64,000 nt of DNA from Macrostomum lignano (Eukaryota): contig NIVC01002540.1 of assembly GCA_002269645.1 (NCBI GenBank), forward strand, positions 5,875 through 69,874, read 5' to 3'. The notes under the pieces were generated by a model that did no database searches, was not told the DNA's origin, and saw nothing but the letters and a program-made list of their open reading frames with translations. This document shows positions 56,154 to 64,000 of the stretch, piece after piece; the first letter of the stretch is position 1, and each line of letters begins with the position of its first letter. Position numbers and translations under genes: made by a program.

Positions 56154-59100
56154 TCACAAGGATGTATAGGTCAGCTGCTGCTGCTGGCGATCGTGAGGCC
56201 CAGCGGAGGCGGCCGCAACGGTAGCGGAAGCGGAGGAGACCAGAGTAACGCCCGGCATTGAGGCGGCCAGCTGCGAAGAATCCAATAGCAGCAAATTAGC
56301 GAAGCCAAGCTGCTGCTGTTGCTGCTGAAGAAGCTGTTGCTGTTGCTGCGGCTGCATCTGCTGCTGCGGTTGGAGTTGCTGCGGCTGGAGCTGCTGTTGA
56401 GGCTGGAGCTGCTGAGGCTGCAGCTGCTGAGGCTGCGGCTGCTGCTGGCCATCAGTAGCGGCTTCCGGTAAAAGAAACTGCGGCCTAAAATACGGACTCT
56501 GCTGATCGGTGGCCAGCTGGTAGTACACAGTAGGCTGGTAGATCTGCCACTCGTAGGGCTGGCCGGGCTGCTGAGTGAGCAGGGCGTATTGAGTTCCGCC
56601 AGGCCCGCCCAGCGCAATGCCACCCCCTGTTCCCGTTGTGACTGTAGGCTGCGCAGTGGAGTCCATTTTTACTGTTCTCAGCAGAGTAGTTCCCATCATT
56701 TGCTGCTGCTGCTGCTGCTGTTGTTGTTGTTGAAGCTGCTGCTGCAATAATTGCTGCTGCTGCAACTGCTGCTGTTGTTGCAGTTGCAGTTGTTGCTGTT
56801 GTTGTTGTTGCTGTTGCTGCTGCTGCTGTTGCTGGGCTTTTGACCGGGACTTGCCTCCAGATTTGGTGGCGCGAGCCGGCGCTGCTGAATTAGCAACGGC
56901 AGCGGCTGGAGCAGTCGCCGGCGCCTCCCCGCCGCCCTGCCCATCGGCGGCGGCGGCTGCGGCTTCGGCCTTCCGTTTGCGTCGCCGTTCGGCTTTCCTG
57001 ACGCTCTTGGGATCCGGCTGGGTGACCCGCATCTCCGTGTAGTCGGTGAACACCACCTCGGCGTCGTTCAGGGCGCCAATCGACAGGCCAACCACGTGGT
57101 CGCGGAGTTTCCTCAGCGCCAGATAGAATGGCAGCTTGTCGGCGGCGCGCGCAACTGTGCGCAGCGGGCGCTAGACGAGGGCATAACAAACACCACAATG
57201 TCTGTGCCAGGCAGTCGCTCGGGCTGCTTGCCCATGTAGAAATTCTTGTTGCCAACAAATGCTTCATAGATGCCTGGCAAGTGAAAATGTGTGTTAAATT
57301 GATTTACTGGGTCTTGGTTCTGAGTTTCAACGAGAGAGCCTAACTACTAAAGAAGCCACAAGTTTAGCGTATCATTAAAAGTGCACTAGTAAAAGTACAT
57401 CAGTACACTAAAAGTACATCAGTACATTAAAAGTACACCAGTATATTAAAAGTACATGTATCATAAATCGACAGCGCTTTTTAACGACCGGCACTAAAAC
57501 TCCATTGTTTTTTCTAACTAAAATCACCCCAGTTGACCCTAGCCTATATGATAGAACCATAAGTTATAATTTTTCATTTTTCTCGTATTCCTAGCCGTAG
57601 GTGATTAATTTCCCGTAACTTGCCACAACTTCTAATGGCGTCTCATGTATTGTAGAAGAATTCTGGAAATGCATTTACCTTAACTTTTGCCCCACCAGGC
57701 CACCACCCCCACCCCAACCAAAAACTCTGTTGCTTGGATTTAGGAGTCCTTCTCACAAGAGCTTTAAAATATGTGTTTCCGTAACCATATCCGTAACCGT
57801 AGCTATGGCGGAACTTAAACTATAACTAAAATAAGCATCTACCGTAATGCCAGCTCACCTTTGCCATTGAAGACGGCAATTTTCGGTTTGTAGCGCTTTA
57901 ACTTCACCAGCAGGCTTTCAACGCCTTCCTTCATTTCTTTTCTGGAAATAGATTTCAATGCGATTGGTTGTAAGCGACTTGCAGGAATGACAAGTCAAAG
58001 AAAAGCATCACATCTAGTCTGATTTTAAAGCAAAAAACAAAATTTCTAACTGGGAAAATCTGGGAAGCCCAGTGGTGGCGGCCCAGGCTCGATTCCAAGT
58101 GCAGTCACATTAATTTGGGGCTGAATTGGAATCTCGGCTTGGCTCTGGTTGTGCAATTAACGTCCTTGAGATCCAACCCCCAAGGCACAGTGAAGTGTAC
58201 ATGCCTAACGATAAATAAAGTTAGGGCCGCTGTACACTCCTGTGTGAGTGTGTGCCTGCGTACGTATCCGCACGCTTGTATGCCTGCTCAGGGGAGTCGG
58301 CGGAATGGGCAGTAATGCCTCTCGCCGGTTGTGTGCCAATGTCGCTTAAAGTGCGCCAGGGTGCACACAGGCCCCTGTCTCTAACTAGCTCTGCGTACGG
58401 CTGTTCAGTCGAAAAACTGCGGGTTCGCCACACACCCTCAGTTACTCCAGCTAATGCTGGCAGCCATTTTACAGCAGGGTGAACTGAAGCAATGCAGAGT
58501 TAAGTGTCTCACTCAAGGGCACGAGTGGGAACGGGAATCGAACCTCTGACCTTCAAGTCGCGAGTTCGACGCTCTGACCACTAGGCTACAAACCGGTATC
58601 TCACTGCGAAGACTCAAATCATTAATAAGTGTAAAATGTAGAAGATCAATCAATATGCAGACAGTGCTCCTCACCTAGTGAGCTCCGCAGCTCCCTTAGT
58701 CGGCCTGGTGCAAACATTGGTCAGACCGACGCCAAACTGCAGCATTCTGTCATCGTCGTGACACGTCATGGGCTCCGGAATGAGGCCGCTTTCGCTTACG
58801 CACGACCAGAAATGGTTGCCAGGCCCAGCGTAGTGATGGCCAACAAAGGCTGAGGTGATGCTGGGGTTGATGCCGATCTGTGGGTTGCCAGCATTGTGGA
58901 CTGTGAATTAGCGACCCCGAGGGCTCACAATTTTGGGTCAGTGAATCTCAGTGCTCACATTTTTGGGTAATTGAATCTTAGTGCTCACAATTTTGGGTCA
59001 GTGAATCTCAGGGCTCACAATTTTGGGTCAGTGAATCTCAGGGCTCACATTTTTGGGTCAGTGAATTTTAGTGCTCACATTTTTGGGTTGGAGAATCTCA

Positions 59101-60669
59101 GGACTTACATTTTTGGGTCAGTGAATTTTAGTGCTCACATTTTTGGGTTGGAGAATCTCAGGACTCACATTTTTTGGTCAGCGAATCTCAGGCTCACAAT
59201 TTTGGGTCAGTGAATCTCAGGGCTCACATTTTTGGGTCAGTGAATTTTAGTGCTCACATTTTTGGGTCAGTGAATCTCAGTGCTCACATTTTTGGGTCAG
59301 TGAATCTCAGTGCTCACATTGTTAGGTGGATGAATCTTTCTTAGAATGCTAAAATTACTCGTCAGTGACTTCTATTGGCAAATATAGCAGCATGTCAAGA
59401 AGTTCACCGGTGCAACAAAGGCAAAATACATGGTACGCACCACAATCATGTCCAGTCCTTCAGCCAGATACTCCGGCAAAGTGCTGGACCCGGCACAAGC
59501 TCGCCATTCTCGTCTAAAGCCACCTGCTGTTTGAAGCGTTCGCACCTGGGACAGCTGCCAATTAAGGAGAGGTCGTGCCGCTGCCGCTTGGTCAGGGAGC
59601 TGAGAGGCGGGAATGGTGAAGATAAGTTAGAAAGAGAGTTTGAAATATTTTGTTAAAAAGGTAAAGAAGCTGAGATATTTTAATGTTTTCCAATTTCTGA
59701 AATAATAATATAAACTAACAGGCTTAGCAGGCATCCATCGCTGAAGAAAACTGGATACTGTTTCGGCATCGGGTGTCTCTTTATTTGTCACACAACCGGC
59801 GAGAGACATGACTGCCCATTCCGCCGACTCCCCTGAGCAGGCACACAAGCGCGCGGATACGTACGCAGTCATACGCACAGGCACACACTCACCACAGGAG
59901 TGTACAGCTGCCCTAGTATGTACACTTCACTGTGCCTTGGGGGTTTGGCCCTCAAGGCCGTTAGTTGCACGAGCAGAGCCAAGCCGAGATTCCAATTTAG
60001 CCCAAAATTAATGTGACTGCACTTGGAATCGAGGATGGGCCGCTGGGCCACGGAGTACGGACCCCATAGGGTGCGTTCAGTCATGCTTAATTTTTAGTAA
60101 TTTTCATCTTTCGTTTTATATCTACGAGCTCGTATATTTTAATGATAAATTTTATACTTTTGCATCGCCCTACTGACAGTAGAGCAAATTGCGCATGCCA
60201 ACCTTTCTAGCGGCCTGCCGACTGGCGGCTCAACAGAATCTGAGCCGGCCTGCGAGTGGCCCGCCGGTGCGGTGACCGACAACACAGCGGCGCTGCCGAC
60301 TCCGCCGCCGCCAGCTGCCGGTTTCACTAAGCCGATGGTGCCGCCGGCGGCGCCGCCAGCCGCAGACTGGCCGGAGGCGGACGAGGAGCAGGGCAGCGAG
60401 GACGGGCTGAGCAGCTGCGACTCGGCTAGGCCTCCTGGATCAGCTGCTGGAGCCTCTTCAACAGCGGGCATAGCAGCGGCGGCAGCAGCTCCTGCAGGGT
60501 CAGTCAGGCTGGCGAATACATCCGCATCATTCTCAATTGTTGGGTGCAGATTGTTCAAAGCGGCATCAACAACAGACGAGTCTGCTGTTGTTGGCGGCAG
60601 ATTCTGTGCTGAGTAGCCGGGCAGAGCGGCCGCTGGGCCGTCGTGACCAACTGCCTGCCCAGCGCTCAT
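56154..60669 (-). CDS. TDG: G/T mismatch-specific thymine-DNA glycosylase with long Ala-rich N-terminal and polyQ C-terminal extensions
   Basis: Exons from 60669 to about 60180 (donor uncertain), about 59599 or 59545 to 59441 (TLPEYLAEGLDMIV), 58877-58675 (IGINPS...GHHYAGPGNHFW...GLTNVCTRPT), 57941-57859 (KPKIAVFNGK) and 57273-56154 (VFVMPSSSARCAQL-RAADK). One -1 shift at about 57151. Confidence 0.92.
58075..58335. repeat. Intronic repeat, with an inverted copy at about 59785-60050
   Basis: CGATTCCAAGTGCAGTCACATTAATTT...CTCGCCGGTTGTGTG has a closely matching reverse complement in intron 1. Confidence 0.85.
58335..58589 (-). mobile_element. tRNA-derived SINE with CORE-like segment
   Basis: The minus strand reads GTAGCCTAGTGGTC (A box)...GGTTCGATTCC (B box), then GTGCCCTTGAGTGAGACACTTAAC...CACCCTGCTGTAAAATGG. 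Confidence 0.7.
58915..59330. repeat. Intronic 30-bp tandem repeat (GGGTCAGTGAATCTCAGTGCTCACATTTTT)n
   Basis: Directly visible in the TDG intron. Confidence 0.92.
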
Positions 60670-63600
60670 GCTGCTCGGCCTGCTGCAGGTGCAGATTGGT
60701 GATTTGAGGTTATAAGAAAACAGGCTTTAAAATATATAGACCTTGGGCCTACTTAATTTTTAATGAACCTTAAATTCAATTGGCTAAAAAGGCACCTGTT
60801 AAAACATAGAAACTCAATAAATGAGCATTTATCCTATTTAAGCAATTCCTGCTTCCTGAGACTATAAATAATTAAACTTGCCTCTTACTGATTTGTCTAA
60901 CTTTGACCTCTTCTTATTGCTTACTAAGCTAGATTGGACATACAAAAAAGGTTTATTATATATTTTTTATTATCATTCAGAAGTTTATAATAGTTTTAGT
61001 ATATATACTTAAGAAAAACATTATAATTTTTTTTTAATTTGCTTGCTTGACTTAGTAAGGCCCTAATCAATAGACACTAAATTTTGAATAAAGAATTGTC
61101 ACCAAAAAGTGGTTACTAAAATATCTTGTTACCAAAATGTCTAAGAACCCATGGAGTTTTTTAGCCATTTTCATTGAAAGTTAATTCTTTTTATATTCTA
61201 TTGTTCCAAGTATGCACTGTGCACAGGAGAATTTTTTTGATCTGCATGCTACATGCGGGAGGGTTGGATCAAATCCACCAAGTGTACACCAATGGGCCCT
61301 AGGAGAAGGGTTACAAATTGAGATGCTGCAACAATAAATATTTTTTTGCATTGCAACAATAAAGGACCTTTTTGTATTGCAACAATCAAGCCTTTTGGCT
61401 ACCTACTTACATTTATTTGCTTTTTAGATACTAAATTATGTCTCTCATAACATTTATATACAATACTCAATTTCCATGTTTTTACAAGGTAACAATTTTT
61501 ATTTTTAACAAAAATTTACTGTTTTGTTTTTGTTATTTATATACATGAAACACTATATTAATACTATTATTTTTTTAAATTTATCTAATTAAAATTACAA
61601 ATCAAAATCATTAGTCTAGTATTACCTTTACAAAATTTACAATTTGAATCTTTGAATAAGGTAGGCCTAATGTTTGGCATACACATCAGCATTGGCCCCT
61701 AAACCAAAAAATTTGGTCATTTTTCCCGGGTATATATAGACTGTTCTGAACTATAGTAGCTTTGGTTATAGTACAGTATATCTTTTATTTTTTATATATT
61801 GTGCTGCCATGCAAAACAGGCTAAAAAACTTTATCAACTCCTTGATACATACCATAGTCTAGAAGATGGCCTTTATGCCAGAAAATTCTGGCATATTTTT
61901 GCTCTCGCTAACAATCTTGGCATACACTTGGCATATAGAATTTTTAGGTTCAACATAAAGTATACAATGTTAATGTATAAGGCTAGCCAAGTTCAAGGCT
62001 AATATAAATGTGTAGTTAAATATCAACTAACAAAAGCTCTTTTTAAAATAATTGGAAACTAAAATAAAAAATTTCAATGCAATTTACAAGAAAAACAAAA
62101 TAAAAACAAAGAATATCTGTATCAGCAAAGAACAGCTATATTAAAGTTGAGTAAAGCTCTTTTATTTCTGATAATATACATTCTTTAAAAAAATGGCATA
62201 CAAACAATTCTAGGCTTGGCATAGAACTTCTTTCAAAATTTACATCAATGTAAAATTGAAAAAAAAACATGAATTTTTATTCCAGCATGCTTGCCATGAT
62301 CTAGACTATGGGATACACATTGTGCACGCAGTACTAGACTGCCTGGGACCTTGCTGCACACAAGAATTTCCCCTAAATAAAAACACATCCTTGGGAATAT
62401 AGTTTATATTGAATTTGAAAACTATTCAATTGCATTCACAAAGTTAAAAAGTTTAAAACTGATTTATTAACTTTTACTATTTATTCCTACCTATTAAATC
62501 AAGTCTAATGATTTTTTCAATTTTCAAGTTTATGCTAATAATAATATTAATAAGTTGAAAAATCTACTTGATCTCCGCAAAAAAAGCATGTTTTTTAAAT
62601 TTTTAATCCTTTTAACATTGAGCAATTTCTTAGCCAAGACATATATACCATCACATAAAAATTTCCAATCAAATGGTGCAAGTTTCATGACAATTGGTTA
62701 AGTTTTTTTTTCTCTAATCAATTGCCCAGGGTCAGGATTGTGTACCAATATATGCTGGAACAAAAATTGTTTCCCTAGCTTTTATATGCCAATGTAAGCC
62801 AATGGACTTTTATTGCACACAAAAATATGCCAAAACAGTTTGAAGAATAATTTCTTATACTTTAGTAAAAATAATTTAACAAATGGACCCTGACGATTGC
62901 CCTTAATTTTTATCTTTTTATTAGGCCTATAGTTTAAATATTATTACTAGGCCTGACTATATTAATAATAATAATAGGGCTAGGCCTATACTTTTATATA
63001 GTGTAGGCCTAAATCTTTGTGTTATTATGTTATAGAAAACAAAGACTCATATCAACTGTTTTTAGCTTTTTAGTCATAGTGTAGAATGACAGACCTAGAT
63101 CCCTGATTAGGCCTAATAAGGCCTACAATTTTCATTAGAATTAGAGATTAGGGTGTTGGTATTCACATAAATAACATTATTCCATTGACACGAAAACCTG
63201 TGTGTAAAATGAAAATTCAATGCGCAATAGCATGTATAAAAAATATAGCAAAGTGATTTCAAAGGCTGTTAATTCGAAGTTTAGTGACAACAAAAGACAA
63301 CATGTAGGCCTAAACCACTTATGAAATTCCTGGAATTTGATCCATCTTCCGGACTCGAAAACAAAAGACAAGGACGGTAAAACAAATAAAGTTAAAGTGT
63401 GCTCTCTTAAAATGTTTTTGAATAAAATTGATGATTTTAGGCCCTTTTTATATGTGTTATCCTTTTACTTAGTAGAAAAAAAATTTGGTAATAAAACGTG
63501 ATATTTTTTAATTTCGGTGTTCGAATTTCGTTCGTCCAACTTGAATCTGCAGAAAAATGCTAAACGTTTTTCGACGATCATCTAAGCTTGTTTAGCAAGT

Positions 63601-64000
63601 AAGTAGTTTTGTGTTATTGTCTAAAAGCAGTGTTGCTCCATATATCGGTATTTATTGACTTGCTGCGTTTAGTATATGCAATAAAATAGTCGGTAGATTT
63701 TATTTTTAAATACAATAATAGTACGTTTTATAAACAGAATTATTCCTAGCCATTTATTGTTGGTATATGCCATCTAATCGGCAATCTAGTCATCTTAAAA
63801 TATTAGAGAAGTAAGCTCATTCTCAGTTAAAAAGCGATTGAAATACGGTTTTATCTGTATCTTTTGGTATAGTTAGAATTTTACATGTAAGGACATTGCC
63901 CTCTGTTACTTTTTAAATTTGAGTGAGCTTTGCGTTTTTACTTGACGACTTCATGGTGACCTTTACTCTTAATAAAATCAGCGTAGGAGTACCGGTATCT

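Noticed and set aside
58520-58590. tRNA gene
   Set aside because: It has A and B boxes but no convincing acceptor-stem pairing, and it continues into a SINE core.
60700-64000. Short ORFs in the AT-rich terminal region
   Set aside because: They have no motifs or coding bias; this is likely TDG upstream/intronic or intergenic DNA.

Overview
Eukaryotic (animal) genomic DNA: GC-rich, Ala/Gln-rich spliced exons sit among AT-rich, satellite-filled introns and intergenic DNA. This style suggests a free-living flatworm such as Macrostomum, which is inference only. Host genes are two paralogues with an ALK/LTK-type glycine-rich domain, an orphan coiled-coil ORF, a multi-exon ammonium transporter, a p75NTR/NRADD-like death-domain membrane protein, a divergent single-exon POU factor, AP-3 sigma and thymine-DNA glycosylase (most TDG exons are missing from the ORF track). 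There are about 15 unrelated tandem-repeat arrays, foldback/MITE elements, a tRNA-derived SINE and an internally deleted 2 kb LTR element. The standout is a very young 10.9 kb Ty3/Gypsy element (20591-31521, 1057-bp LTRs, TTAG target duplication). It carries a herpesvirus-gB-like class III fusion glycoprotein in frame between the Gag zinc knuckle and the protease, giving the order Gag-Env-Pro-RT-RH-IN and probably one polyprotein of about 2500 aa. A small myristoylation-motif RING-like ORF occupies the slot where env normally lies. Single missing G/C bases break several ORFs in the window, including conserved host genes, so the frameshifts are probably assembly errors. All alignments were done by eye; no database searches were run.
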